64,000 bases of DNA from Antedon mediterranea (GCF_964355755.1 NC_092675.1:11403812-11467811); one strand, 5' to 3'. Positions 25,588-39,169 are shown, counted from the first letter of the stretch. The notes: a model not told the origin generated them from the letters alone. A program made the numbers and translations.

Positions 25588-28081
25588 TAAGTCTTTTTTA
25601 AGTTAAATTAGCACAGGAATGGTAATCTAAGGATTAAGGATCTTGATTCCTGATAGATTATTAGGTCAGAGAACATTTTAGAATTGGTTTGGTCAATGAA
25701 GGCTACTTATACGAATTAAATCTGATTTTTTATTATTTTGACCTTTGATCCACTCTTAAGCGGTTTTAAAAACTTAAGAATTAGTCCAGTCAATCTAATG
25801 ATATACCCACCACAAATTGCAATAGTAGTCCAGTCAATCTATGACAAAAAAGGGCGTAACCCAAAACAAATTGCAATAGTTTCCAAACCTTTTTTATTTG
25901 ATTCTATAAGCATCTGGGAAGATCATTTCCAAAATCTACCAAAATCGGTTCAGTGGAACATACTTTTTAAGGGGTTTTAAGGTCATAGGGGTCAAATTAC
26001 AAATTTTTCTGTTTTGAAAACTACTAGGCGTAGCATGTTAATTTTGGGGTCTTCTGACCCATATTTATATGTACTCTAATGAAACCTTTTTACCAAAAAT
26101 TACAGGAAAGCATGTTTTTGACCTTTGACCTATTTTATTGTATATTTTCGTATATTCGTATCTTAGTAACCAGTGGGCGTAGATGAGCGTTATTTGCGTC
26201 AAACTACTCAGAAGGTCAATGTTTATATTAGTTCTAATGGAAAAGATTCGTGTAAAATGACCGGAAGTCATTATTTTGACCTTTGATACATATTCATTAT
26301 TTTAGATTTCTCAGTAAATACATTTTTTATATCTCAGTAACCACTAAGCACAACTTCGTCAATTTTGTGTCAAAAGATTCAGAAGACTCATATTTATATT
26401 CACTATAATGAAAAAGTTTTTTAAAAAATGGATAGAAACTATGTTTTTGACCTTTGACCTATTATACCAGTATATTTGTTTATATTTACTCTAATGAAAA
26501 CAAATGCAAATGTACAATATAACCGAAAATCATTATTTTGACCGTTAACATTTTCTAGTCGTGTCATGAATAAATCTCGAGTCTCGAGTATAACATTTTA
26601 AATTTGACCAAATAATAAGTGCGGCGATCTGACAGACGTTGGGCTGGAATATCAACTGATCTTGCCACAGAACAGTGTCTTATGCGTACTGTAGCATAAA
26701 AACAAGAGGAGGTCTAACAAGAGGGCGAGGATTAACAGAAACGACTTGTCTGGGTCCTTTCAACTCCAGTCTGTGCCAAGATCAATCATTCAATGCAAGA
26801 GTTCACTAACGTTTCGTATACTACCAGTGAACAACATAAAGAAACAACATATGCCAGAAAGATGAAGGACCTCAGTGATGTACAAGACATATCAAGGTAT
26901 CTGACACTGCGAAAACCATTCAATACAGACAGTACAAAATCACTGACAAACATTGCAACTGGAGTGACGGCACATATCAATGTAGACTGTGACAATGCCA
27001 AGCATGTAGGTCAACAAATTGTGCAATCAATGACAAACCAAAAGGTCGCCAACTACACATTTCTGAAAAAGAGCCAATCCATTACAATGAACTCTAAAAG
27101 CGCATTGAAGATAAAAGATGATGTGGTCAATGTAGATCCTTTACTTCTATTTCAACGACTTGTAACTGCCGGCACAAGATGCGATAATTTATCAGATATA
27201 TTTAGATTGTTTGAATCACCAGATATGATGAGGTCTGCAAATAAAGCTAGTTTAGCTGATAGTTTGTAGTCAACAGCAATCGAGGTTGCTCCAGAACCTC
27301 CTGATCAAATTCAGTACGTCTTAGATGGAGGAGCACTACTTCATAAAATTCCATGGACAAGAGGGTCTTCATGGGGTGACATTATGAGAGTATACACTAA
27401 ATATATTTCTCACAAATTAGTCCAGTCCCTAAGGGGAGAAAAAGGGGTGGGATGTTACCAAACTGGATACAAATTTTTCAGTATAGCAGTTTGGTAGAGT
27501 ATAGTGTGGAGATGCCAAAACAAAGTTACTGGAAATCTGATTTGACCTCTGTGACCTCTGACCTCAATTTTTATATTTTTCTATTATATAACTAAAAATC
27601 GCCATATCTTGGAAACGCAGGGACATTTTACATTTATTTTTTTTTTAAAATGCTTGGAAGATATATATTTATATTCGCTATAATGAAAATAATTGTACAA
27701 AAATGGCCGCAAGGCTTTATTTTTCAGTTTGACCTTTGACCTTGATTGCCTAATATCTCAATAACACGCAATCTCAGAGATTTGAGAATGGGCTCAAAAT
27801 GTTAAGAAAATAAATCTAATATTTAGTCTAATAGAAACTTTTTTCAAAAAATTACCATAAATTAAGCTTTTTTGACCCTTGACCTCTAATGTTTGAATAT
27901 GTCAATATCTCGGTAACTATTTGTCCTAAAAAGTTCAGTTTGGTGTCAAATTGTTTAGAATATACACATTTATATTTGCTCTAACAAAATATTTTGTCAG
28001 AATTCAATTGGAAATGTCATTTTGAGCTATGACCCATCGTTTTGCATATATTTAGCAATCAATAATCTAAAAAAAGAGATC

Positions 28082-28338
28082 GAGAGAGGAGAAGGGGTTG
28101 GGGTGGATGGAGAGACACATATTTTTGTTACATGTTACACAAATATTAAACTCTGTCTACACTATAACATTTTTATGCGACAAAAAAATGTGATGTGCCC
28201 ATATATGGACACGATGAATGACATATCACTACCATATTTGGGCACATCACACCTTTTTTGTTAAACTAGTTTATAGTGTAGACAAACATGTAAAAAATAT
28301 GTGTCTCTCCATCACCCCAACCACCTCCCCCTCTCTCG
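28082..28338. repeat. Imperfect palindrome of about 255 bp (hairpin MITE-like) inside C
   Basis: GATGGAGAGACACATATTTTT / AAAAATATGTGTCTCTCCATC and GTGATGTGCCC / GGGCACATCAC arms. Confidence 0.75.
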
Positions 28339-28769
28339 CCTTTCCAATGCTACTGCATGCATCTATACACATCAAAATGACCGGAATTGTACTGGAAAGT
28401 TTTTAGCTACATTTGAAAATAAGTCCCAGAGGATGGGTGTATTGTAATGTTATCAGAATTATGGCAATTGTTTGTAATGGGAAAGTTTTAAAACTACATT
28501 TGAAATATTTGCTAATAATATCACATGCTATTAAAGATATACTTATTTTCCCCCTGACAAAAGTAATTTTGACAAATATTTTTGTTGAATATGCAATTTT
28601 AATGTCACACATAATAGTTTCACCAAAAATTGAATTGAAAAAAAAATGATATAGTGCATACCCACAAAAACTGTAATTTAAAGCAAAAAATAGGCTGGAA
28701 GTCAATTGTGATTTTGGTTAAATTAACTGTTTATTTTGTCTTTAAAGTGATATTTACTCTATTTTTTAG

Positions 28770-29560
28770 ATTAGCTCTTTGATTAAACACCTCTTCCAAT
28801 GCAGTGAAGATCTTAAGTGTCGCCTTGTCTTACTAATCTTCCTTAACTTCTCTTTGAACAATCGTAATCAATATTTGTTGAGGTATAATATTTCCCTCTA
28901 ATATGGTAATGCCTGTTTTATTGAGTCAAATGCTTTCTGATAATCTCTAAATCAAAGATTTGGTGATATTCATTTCCTTTTTATTTTAGTTGATTGACCA
29001 ACTGTATAAGATGGTCCTACTGTATAAAGCCTTATATATTGGTTTATTTACTTCTAGTCGGTCTCTGATTTTGTTTTTTGATTACTTTTGTAAATTATTT
29101 GTGTACATGTGATAATGTTCGTTTGGTCGGTAATGGTTGATGTCAGTTTTGTCATGTTTTTGTGGATTAAAGTATAATTATCATTGCTTCTCTTAATTTC
29201 TTCTGGTTTCAAAGATTTTGTTGTATAGTGTTATGAGCTGGATGTGTTATTGCCTCATCAAGCCAAGATGGTAATTTTGACTGCTCACTGGTTTGTTTTC
29301 CTTTTATATTCCACTACAGTATGTTCTTGAAAAGAAATCAGCTTTGTAATTAATTTGTCTTTGATCCTTTTCAGATTTCTAATATTTTAAACATATGTTT
29401 TTCTTTTCTTCGCTTTTTCCTCACTGTTTCAAGCATTTTATTTTGTCAGCATACTTCAAGCAATTAATTGATAATTTGGTCATATGTTTTATGAGTATCA
29501 AATCGCATTGGTTAATTCTTCTTTTCTTTCTTTAAGAGCCTGATTTTCTTTCTTTTTTTT
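28770..29560 (-). pseudogene. Decayed RTE-like LINE reverse transcriptase fragment inside C
   Basis: The minus strand gives DYQKAFDSIK and DKTDINHYRP-like RT motifs with many indels. Confidence 0.6.
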
Positions 29561-32500
29561 TTAATGTTATTTAACTTTTAAGTTTATTTAATTTTTTGTT
29601 GATATTAAGTGTTGCTCTTACGGTGTAGGCCTACCATGCGATGGAATTATATATTGAAATTAAATTAAACATTAAGTTTTAAAAAAATTGTAAAAGGCTA
29701 GATAGGATATTGAATGTAGTTCTGGTCCATTAAATCTATATTTTAGGTATATTAATATAAGTATGACACACGCACGCTTAACAGTATATCCTGGTCATAC
29801 CTCAAACTGGCATTTCCAGTAAAAATATGATAACATCTTCTATTAGAGCTAATATAAATGTTTACATTTTGAACATTTTGACACCAAGTTGAACTTTTTA
29901 TGACATTTGGTTACAGAGATACAGACATATTTAAACATTAAAGGTCAAAGGTCAGTAAATGACATTTCCTGTGGATTTGGAAGAACATGTTTAATTAGAG
30001 TATATATAAATATGTATGCTCTTAACAATTTGAAACAAATTTCAAGAAATTTTGACCAGTAGTTATTGAGATATAGTAAGCCGAGGTCAAAGGTCAAAAC
30101 ATTGAGAAATTACATTTCCGGTCGTTTTTTGGAAAAAAGTTCTATTAGAGCGAATATAAATATGTACCCTCTGATCTATTTGACACCAATATCATTTCAA
30201 TTGTCAAACCCGTTGCGGAGATATGGCTGTTTAAGATAGAAATATAAAAATTGAGGTCAGAGGTCACAGAGGTCAAATCAGATTTCCAGTAACTTTGTTT
30301 TGGTATCTCCATATCATGTTCTATCAACATGCCAAAGGGCACACTTGTATCCACTATGGTAACATCATTTCCCCTTAGGGACTGGACTAAATATGGAAAA
30401 CCTATTGTTGGTTTTGATGGGTACGATAACTCACTAAGTACAAAAGACTGTACACATACAAGGAGAAGTGGTGGTGGTGGTGTAGCTGTACACTTTGACC
30501 AATCTATGACCTTACAAACCAAAAAAGAAGAATTTCTGTCAAACGTTCAAAACAAACAAAGATTCATTAAGATTTTGGGAAATAGTCTTGAAAAAGAAGG
30601 TTGTACTGTTCACCACGCAGAAGCTGACGCTGACTATCTTGTGTCGAAGATGGCTCTGTCCTGTGCAGAACAAATAGACACGGTTGTCATCGCAGATGAT
30701 ACAGATATCCTAGTCCTCCTTATCCACCATGGTGGTCACACCAAACATAATGTATGGTTCAAGCCAAACCAAAGGAAAGAAACTAAAAAGGTGCAACGAT
30801 GTTGGAACATTGCGGCAACAAGACTTGACCTTGGCAGCGATGTTTGTAAATATATCCTATTTTGTCACGCGTTCCTTGGATGTGACACGACATCGCGATT
30901 TTTTGGTATTGGGAAAATCAAAGCAGTAATTAAAGTAAGAAGTGACTGTTTCTTTTCTGAACAAGCCAAAGTGTTTATGACTTGTAAGGCAAACAGACAG
31001 GAGGTAATTGCAGCGGGTAATAACGCCATTTTGTCTTTGTATGGTAGCAGCGATAATGAATTGAGGTTTCGTAAATTTCATGAAAAGACTACATGCAATA
31101 CTAAAGCAGTTCATCCACGTTCTTTACCCCCAACGACATCAGCGGCAAAGTATCATAGTCAAGGGTGTACCAACAAGTTCAAGTTTGGCTTGGAAATGAA
31201 GAAAATGTACCTCCAGATAAATATGGATGGAAGATAAGCCAAGGCAGGATGATACCATATTTGGCGGACAACCCCCCAGCACCACAATCGCTCCTACAAA
31301 TCATAAGATGCAAATGCAAAACAGGCTGCTATAATATGAAATGCAGCTGTAGGAACAATGGATTAGATTGCTCCATGGCATGTAGTGAGTGTCGAAGTGT
31401 ATGCGCAAACATTTCCCTAGATAATAATGAAGATACCGATTCTGAAGATTCAATAATGGGTTTGTAAAATCAGACGATTGGTAAATATTCTCAACCAGGC
31501 CTATTTGGATATTTTTCTGTTTTGTGTGTTTTTAGAGTAAATATAAACAGAATAATGAATAGTTAAATGTTATCTTGGGTGCTGATCTATGAAGAAATAT
31601 AACACCAATATATTGCCCCAATTACTAAACGTTTTCTGGATAGATATCAAAGGTCAAAATAATTACTTTCGCATTGACTATATACACAGACATTTTTTAT
31701 TAGAGTGGATATCCTTCTGAGTTGTTTGACACAAAAAATGCTCATCTAAACCCATAGTTCACAAAGATACAAATATATAAATATAATATTTGAAAGTTTC
31801 CGGTCATTTTCTGTAAAAATTGTTTCATTAGAGTAAATAAATATGGTTCTTCTGAATTGTTTAACACAAAAGTTACGCTTATTGGTCACCGAGATACAAA
31901 AAATATATTTAGTGAGATATGAAATAAAGAATATATGTTTACGGTCAAAACGATGACTTTCGGTCATACCACACAACACTTTTTCATTAAAGTGAATATA
32001 AACATAGACCTTTTGAATATTTTGACACAAAAAATGCTCATCTACGCCCATTGGTTACAAAGATATGAATATACCAATATAATAGGTCAAAGGTCAAAAG
32101 AGTAGTTTCCGGTCATTTTTTTGTAAAAAGTTTTATTAGAGTGAATATAAATAAGGGTCTTCTGAATTGATTAACACAAAAATTACGAAGTTACGCCTAT
32201 TGGTCACCGAGATACAAAAAATTTAATTAGTGAAATACTATAAAATAATGAATATATGTCAAAGGTCAAAATGATGTCGTCTAGTCATAATACACAAAAC
32301 GTTTTCATTAGAGTGAATATAAACATAGACCTTCTGGGTATTTTGACACCAAAAACGCTTGTTTACGCCCAGTGGTTACCGAGATATGAATATGCCAAAA
32401 TAATAGGTCAAAGGTCAAAAACATGGATTCCGGTCATTTTTGATAAAAAACTTTCATTAGAGTGAATATAAATATGGGTCTTCTGAATTGTTTGACACCA

Positions 32501-33099
32501 AAATTACCAAGTTCGGCCAAGCAGTTACCGAGATATACAAATATATAATTTGACCCTCATGACCTCTTGACCCCTTAAAAAAGTATGTTCCACTGAACCG
32601 ATTTTGGTAGATTTTGGAAATGTTTCTTCCGGGAACATATAGAATCAAATAAAAAAGGTTCGGAAACTATTGCAATTTGTTTTGGGTCTATCGGTAGATT
32701 GACTGGACTATAGTAACAAAGCTAGTATTTTTGAATTCTATATAATGTGTAGAACGACATACTAAAAGTCACCGAAAATCCAAGCATTGGGTCAAGGGTC
32801 AGAGGTCAATAAAGGTCATTTTAAGTCAAAATTAGTATGCCCCACTAATTACATATATTTAACCATTTAAAATACATTATATACAAGTGGGATTTATGTC
32901 ATCCGAAAGCTTATTAAATTTCCTATTCAGTGATATCAAACTTATAGTCGTAACATTTTATTTAGAATGTCATTTTTACGGAAAAACACAACATAATGTG
33001 TCAATTTTGGCTAAAAATGTTGTTTTCGCTGTAAACAACAATGGTATACACTCAGGGATACCCTGGGGTGAACATTTCAGTCCAACGCGATACACATGA

Positions 33100-34640
33100 C
33101 CAGTTCAAGATGCAGATGAATGACATCTCCGTTCCTGTTGCTTTCCAGATGGCATTTGTGTTGCCATGGTTACAGTATTTATATTGGGATGTATAAGTAT
33201 TTTTTAACCAGTAGAAATACAAAGATGTTCAACAGCAGTTTGACAATGACCTCCATGTTGTATGACGTTCGGACCATCTGGGCTGGATTGTCAACAGACC
33301 TGGTGATTGAAAAAGTTTCTATGAGAAGCCTCAAAGAAAACCAGAGATTTGACAAGAGAATATAGGAATGCGTACATCCAGACCAAATCTGCGCTGAAAT
33401 GTATGTAATGCCTTGTAATAGTATCAGGGCGTTACTCCAGCAGCGGCCAACATAAGACCTTATGGCCACACATCAGGAACACAATGGCAATTGAAAAATC
33501 CATTTGGTTACGACTCAGAGACTTCATACCATTGACACTGGAGTTACTGCAGGTGACTCGGAATATTAGCAATGTGGTATTAAGCATTGAATATTTTGGC
33601 CAGAAAGTCTTGCAATGTATTCAAGATCCTGGCAATAAAGTCATATGTGTGCATCAATCCTACAGTTCCAGAGGAGACTCGAGGTGACTTTGTTATCCAC
33701 CACCACTTTTTGAAACTACCAATTTACAATACTTCAGCTAATAAACCAACATGATGCCACGTGGAAACAACTTCTTCTGAATAGTCTAATACATCCAACT
33801 CACTGAATGATGTCCAGTAGGCCTACATTTTAGATGGCAGTGCTCTACTGCACAGCATTCCATGGAATAGTGTAGAGATCTGTAAAAAATATTGCTCTGC
33901 ATAGTCTTTGATAATTATGAAAGCGGCTCATCCACCAAAGACGGCGCACATGGTAAGGCGGGTCAGGTTGTAGTGTCCCTGTACATTTTACCAGTGACAT
34001 GTTCCACAAAATAGGATCACTTTCTGTAACAAACAACAATTTATAAATCTTCGTAACTAGTATTTGAACAACATGGCAATGAGTGAATGCAGCTGCTGAT
34101 GCAGATGTTCTTTCGGATAGTACAAAAAACCATTGAATCAGCAAACAGGAAAACATCTGTCATTATCCGATGACACGGATCTACTAGTGCTCCTCTGCAG
34201 TCAAGCATTTAAACATCTTGTGATATTCTTTAGACTGGAGCTGAGATGCTGGACTATCAAACTGGTTCAAACAGTACATTTGAGAGACATCTGTGATAAC
34301 CTTCTGTTTGCTCATGCGATACTGGTGACACAACATCCAGAGTTTTCGGAATTGGAAAACAAGTGGCTCTAAAAAAAGCTTGTCATTGCACTTATTTCTG
34401 ACATTATGCTGTAGTCTTCAGATGCAAACAAGCTACAAAAGATGACATTGTGGTTGCTAGAGAAAATGGTTTAGTGCGTCTGTACAATGGACTGACTACC
34501 TGGACAACGTGGAATGCCTTTGACTCCATCCCATCTACAAGTACAACCTCGCATATCGCTTCATAATCGTACCACAACCAAGGTACTTAACATTATGTTC
34601 AAGTTCAAGTTATCTTTTAGCAATGGAGTCGAGTGGGGTT
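33100..34640 (+). pseudogene. Heavily degraded Academ protein of element A (continues at about 45870-46060)
   Basis: IWAGLSTDLVIEKVSMRSLK, SDDTDLLVLL, ICDNLLFAHAIL. After the LINE insertion it resumes with EDWGWK...GNMVP. Confidence 0.75.
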
Positions 34641-35353
34641 GATAAAGATTCAAAATTTTATTAACATTCACCTTAACATCAAGGTATGGTTAAAAATAAC
34701 ATTAACAAAACAAAAACAAACAAAAAAAACCAAATATATAAAAGAAAAAGCAATAATAAAAGCATTCAATGTTGCATAAAGGTCGCTCAGTATTAGGTGG
34801 AGGCCTGAATAGTCGAGCGCCTTTCAAACGCCGAACATACATACTTCATCACTGGCTTGATATCGGGATCATTTGCACCCATAATCAGACCTTGATTTAT
34901 AAAAATAAGAGGAGAGCTCCTAATGGCTCTCCTCAATATGTTGAGGAGAGCCATTATTTAGACTAAGTAGCCGAGACACAGGCCCACCATGGTTGGGCCT
35001 GTGGCGAGCCGAATTTTGATAAATAACACCTCTAGATGGCCGGAAATGGTACTCTCGCACGTAAAATTCATAATAAATGGTGAGACAAAATAAAGCAAGA
35101 ACTAGCAATTCATCCAACATTTAAAACAATTCTTTATTTATTAAACACAAATCAGACCTTGATTTAAAAGAAGCGCCATGGCGCTGACGCTCCTTGCAGC
35201 AATGAATTATTATTATTTATTTGGTTTCTTTATTTTGCAATGTATATTAGATTTATATTTAGATAATTATTAAGTTGTGGTTTTTATATAATTTTTACTG
35301 ACATTTTCTAAAATATTATTTTACAGTTGAAGACTTTAGTTAAGTTAGGACAG

Positions 35354-38300
35354 TTAGTCAACCCAGTTTAAGTCTGGCTCTGAAGCTCCGCTATCTGAAT
35401 CAGAACTGTCTTCATCACTTTGAGTTGTGTCACTTTCTGCAGATGGTCCTACTTCTAATCTTTGTTTCTTAGCACTTTCATCAGATTCTACAGGTATTTC
35501 CATTCGCAGTTTGCGCCGTTGGTCGCCAGACATGAACCTCGCTACTGAAGAATTTATTATTTCTTCTTTTTCCCTTTGTGACCAAGTCTTGTCATTTCCT
35601 TTGATCAAAAGGAGGTCTTCCATGGTGCTATGGTTCAGCGAAATGCGTCTATCAGAGAGCATAGCAGTTAAGATGCTAAAGCCACACTCAACGTAACTAT
35701 TACTCACACCGATCACCATAACAACTTCTGCTAGAGAGCATACATTTGGAAATTCTTGCCTTCTGTATTGTAGGATGTTTTCCCATAGCAGTTGGGTTTT
35801 TACACCCTGATAAAAACTCTTGTGTATAATTTTCAGGCATTTCCATTCACGTTTTAGTTTACTTCCATCAAAACCCACAGCTGATAGTGTTGTAGCGAAG
35901 TGTTCTGCCACAAATTGTAGTGAAGCCAGCTCAGTCTCAACATCACCCTTCCAATTAGCTGGATTCAACCAAGTCATATGTTGATATAGTTTATTGTTCA
36001 ATGAATCAAATCGTTCATCTATGCATGTTAGCAGTGCTGGAATAGAATTTTGTCTTAGAGTATTGGCGTTTGCAGGACGAGTAGTTCCGTGTCTGGAAGT
36101 AGAAGCTGATTTGATGTCCAGAGTGACTGTTGTATATTCTCGGTTTTCGATCTTTCTTCGCACATGGCCTATCTTTGGAAGACTACAAGATATTGTGTTA
36201 TCATCTTCTAATGTGAATCCTGCCTTTCGAAAATAGATTATTGGGTCATCATCTTCTAGCAACTCCTCTAGACAGATTTTGGTCTGCTCTACAACAGGTA
36301 ATACATCAAAAGCAAACAGGTCACCTTTTTCAAATTGCAATGATAGTGATGAAACCACTTCTAGGATTTCATGAAAAAGACAGGTGATGGCTAGAAATTG
36401 CTTACTTTTGAGCTTCTTGAGAATGCCATGTAGTTTGGCATTTAGTTTACTGTGTTTGTGGTTTATGATCGAGTTTTCAATGGCATGTGCTAGCGGAATC
36501 CAATTGTTTAATAGGATGTGTACACCATTCTTTTGGTGGCCAACAAACCTAGTTCCATCCATGCACTTTTGGAAACTTGTAGGTTTGCACCTCAAGCACT
36601 TTGGCAGTTTCTTCAAAATGTCTTTTAAACTTTCCTGATCTCTTCATTAGGTAGAAAAGGGTCACCATTAACTCTTTGACATTTTCGAAATCCTTTTCTT
36701 TCATCAATGTGTCTTTGACAGCCAATTCGAGACGATGTGACACACAGTGTATTTTTACAAGCCAAGGACGTTCAGCATTTTCCAGCCTGACCAGAAGTCC
36801 ATTGTAAATACCTAAAAAAATTTAAAAAAAAAAAGAAAAAATTAAATTAACATTTTTTAAATGCTAATAATATAATTATAACAATTGTGTAGCTGTACAG
36901 CAGAATTATAATTACATTTAATTGAACAGTAACAGACTGTACTCAACCTGTATTTACAGCAGCTCCATCAGCTGTTGCTGCAACCAAACGACTTGTGTAA
37001 TGGTCTTTAGGGATCTTCACAGATTCTTGTAAGGCATGGTCAATAGAGGTGTGTAGGTTTTCTGCATTGGCATCTCCAATTCTGTCAATATCCTCTAAGG
37101 CAGCAATAAAGAACACTGATCTTCCACATTTAACTACTCTAACCATAACCAGCTCCTTTTCACTAGACGTCTTTCTAGCTTGTGACCCATCACTTTAAAC
37201 AGAAAACGCTGTTGATAAAACCACTACTTCTGCTGCCACCTTTTCTCGAATGACTTCTGCGATTATGTTAACAAATTGCTTTGCTCTGTTCACACTCTCA
37301 GATTTATGGAGCAGTTCAACCCCATTGGCTTTTTGAACTCGAACCAATGTCTTAAAGGTAGACAATGGCAATCCATCGACGGCCAACATGTAAGCTGTTA
37401 AAAACAGCTTTTTGTAAGCTTGTTCAGCCTGTTTGTGCATTGCACTGACAATGCTAGGCTGAGTGCGTTTAACTGTATTAGCAACACTAGTAGAAGACAT
37501 ACCAGAACTTTCACCCACTTCAGTTCCTATTAATCGCTTATATTCTAATGCTACATTGTGTGCCTAAAATTAATAAAAATAAAATACATTATTATTACTA
37601 ATTAGTTATTATTAAATCATTATTTTAATATTAAAATATACAATTTTATACCTACCTAATCTAAGTAAACGTTTTTTAAACAATTATATAAATAATAAAT
37701 TTTTAAAGTTTAAAGTTAAAATAATTGTTTTGTTTATACAGTGTTTATTATAATTAGGCAGTAGGCCTACAACATTCCCTTTTAATTTAGCAGCAAACTA
37801 TTAGATAGATAGATAAAATAGATCACGTGCCATCGGAAAAATAAAAACAACGACCTGTCAATCAAGCGTTTTAATCCTTAACTATATCAACATGATATCA
37901 GTGTGGTATTCAGATCGCGGCGAGAGAAAACCATGTGCTTGCGTGACGTCATATCGCCCAAAGTTTCCTTCTCTAACTGTGTGTGGGGGCGGAACATGCA
38001 GAACAAATCAAAACACGTGTGAAGAAATAACATTTATTTTGAATTAATTACCGTAGCCTATGTATGTAATCACCATGGATATTATGTGTATCTAATGAAC
38101 AGAATTATAAACATGAATTCATCATCATCAACAGACGAATTAATTGATCGCTTGATTCGCGGCGAGAAAAAACCATGCGTTTGCTAAAGTGACGTCATAT
38201 CGCCCAAAGTTTTTATTTTGGCAGTGCAGAATAAGACAAGCCCAAAGATGTTAATTAGTTAGGCCTACTGTATTAATTAATATTAACAATAGGCCTACAT

Positions 38301-39084
38301 ACATAATGCATAATGATTATTAATATTCATCATCACACACACGTTTTTTAAGATCGGAAAACGTCAACTGAGACGAATTAATTGATCGCTTGATTCGCGG
38401 CGAGAGAAAACCATGCGTTTGCTAAGTGACGTCATATCGCCCAAAGTTTTTATTTTGGCAGTGCAGAATAAGACAAGCCCGAAGATGTTAATTAGTTAGG
38501 CCTACTGTATTAATTAATATTAACAATAGGCCTACATACATAATGCATAATGATTATTAATATTCATCATCACACACACGTTTTTTAAGATCGGAAAACG
38601 TCAACAGACGAATTAATTGATCGCTTGATTCGCGGCGAGAGAAAACCATGCGTTTGCTAAGTGACGTCATATCGCCCAACGTTTTTATTTTGGCAGTGCA
38701 GAATAAGACAAGCCCGAAGATGTTAATTAGTTAGGCCTAGGCCTACTGTATTAATTATAATATTAACAATAGGCCTACATACATAATGCATAATGATTAT
38801 TAATATTTAATAAATATTGATCAGCTTACCTTTGACGTTAAGTGACGTGTGGCTGTATGTTTAGTAACAAAATTTGTACCCTTTACATATGCCTCTATGT
38901 CCTGTAAGGCCTTCCCTCTGATGCGACCATCTGTTCGAATTTTATCCATAAACTTTGCACAGTCTTTGCACCATAGTTTTGTCACCATCATTTTGTCATT
39001 TACATTAGATGTTTCGTAGCCAAACGATGTCAAATTCCATTGTTTGAACGTAGAAAGTTGAACAGAATCGCGTTTGCCCGCCAT
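35354..39084 (-). pseudogene. Three-exon hAT (ZNF862-like) transposase, lightly damaged
   Basis: Exons 39084-38830, 37563-36948 and 36811-35354 with GT-AG boundaries. Motifs SDGS, ATADGAAVNTG, IHCVSHRLELA, GTRF and dimerisation-like SNSYVECGFS...RRISL. In-frame TAA at 37195-37197 and a 4-bp duplication frameshift near 36560. Confidence 0.85.
38133..38805. repeat. Tandem repeat of about 240 bp, about 3 copies, in transposase intron 1
   Basis: GACGAATTAATTGATCGCTTGATTCGCGGCGAG recurs at about 38133, 38373 and 38607, with a partial copy near 37910. Confidence 0.9.
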
Positions 39085-39169
39085 GTTGACACATTCACGA
39101 ATAAATTCAAATAAAATCAAGTGAGGATGGTGCGTACTTGTCTGTGAGTGACCGAAAATAAAAATCAAG

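Larger units (their letters stand above)
27418..30389. mobile_element. Non-autonomous Academ-type element C, inserted in the ORF of B
   Basis: AAT|TAGTCCAGTCCCTAAGGGGA ... TCCCCTTAGGGACTGGACTA|AAT. Removing it and one TSD restores YISHK-YGKPIVGFDGY. Confidence 0.9.
26620..31467 (+). pseudogene. Academ protein C-terminal half: end of transposase, XPG/FEN1-like nuclease and Cys-rich finger; disrupted
   Basis: Motifs RRSDRRWAGISTDLATEQ, YVLDGGALLHKIPW, FDGY, HAEADAD, DDTDILVLL, HAFLGCDTTSRFFGIGK, LPPT, YGW and CKCKTGC...CSC...CSMACSEC. Stop at 27267, insertion of C at 27418-30389, frameshift near 31160. Confidence 0.85.
25826..32710 (+). mobile_element. Academ(X)-type element B, inserted in the TIR of A
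   Basis: TAG|TAGTCCAGTCAATCTA ... TAGATTGACTGGACTA|TAG. Imperfect TIRs several hundred bp long; encodes an XPG/PIN-like plus Cys-rich protein remnant. Confidence 0.88.

Noticed and set aside
30329-30389. N-terminus MPKGTLVSTMVTSFPLRDWT of the 302-aa ORF
   Set aside because: It comes from the right TIR of element C. The real upstream frame lies at about 27270-27417.
30390-31467. Host FEN1/XPG or tesmin gene
   Set aside because: It is intronless, disrupted, enclosed by TIRs with a TSD, and has a second decayed paralogue next door, so it is transposon-encoded.
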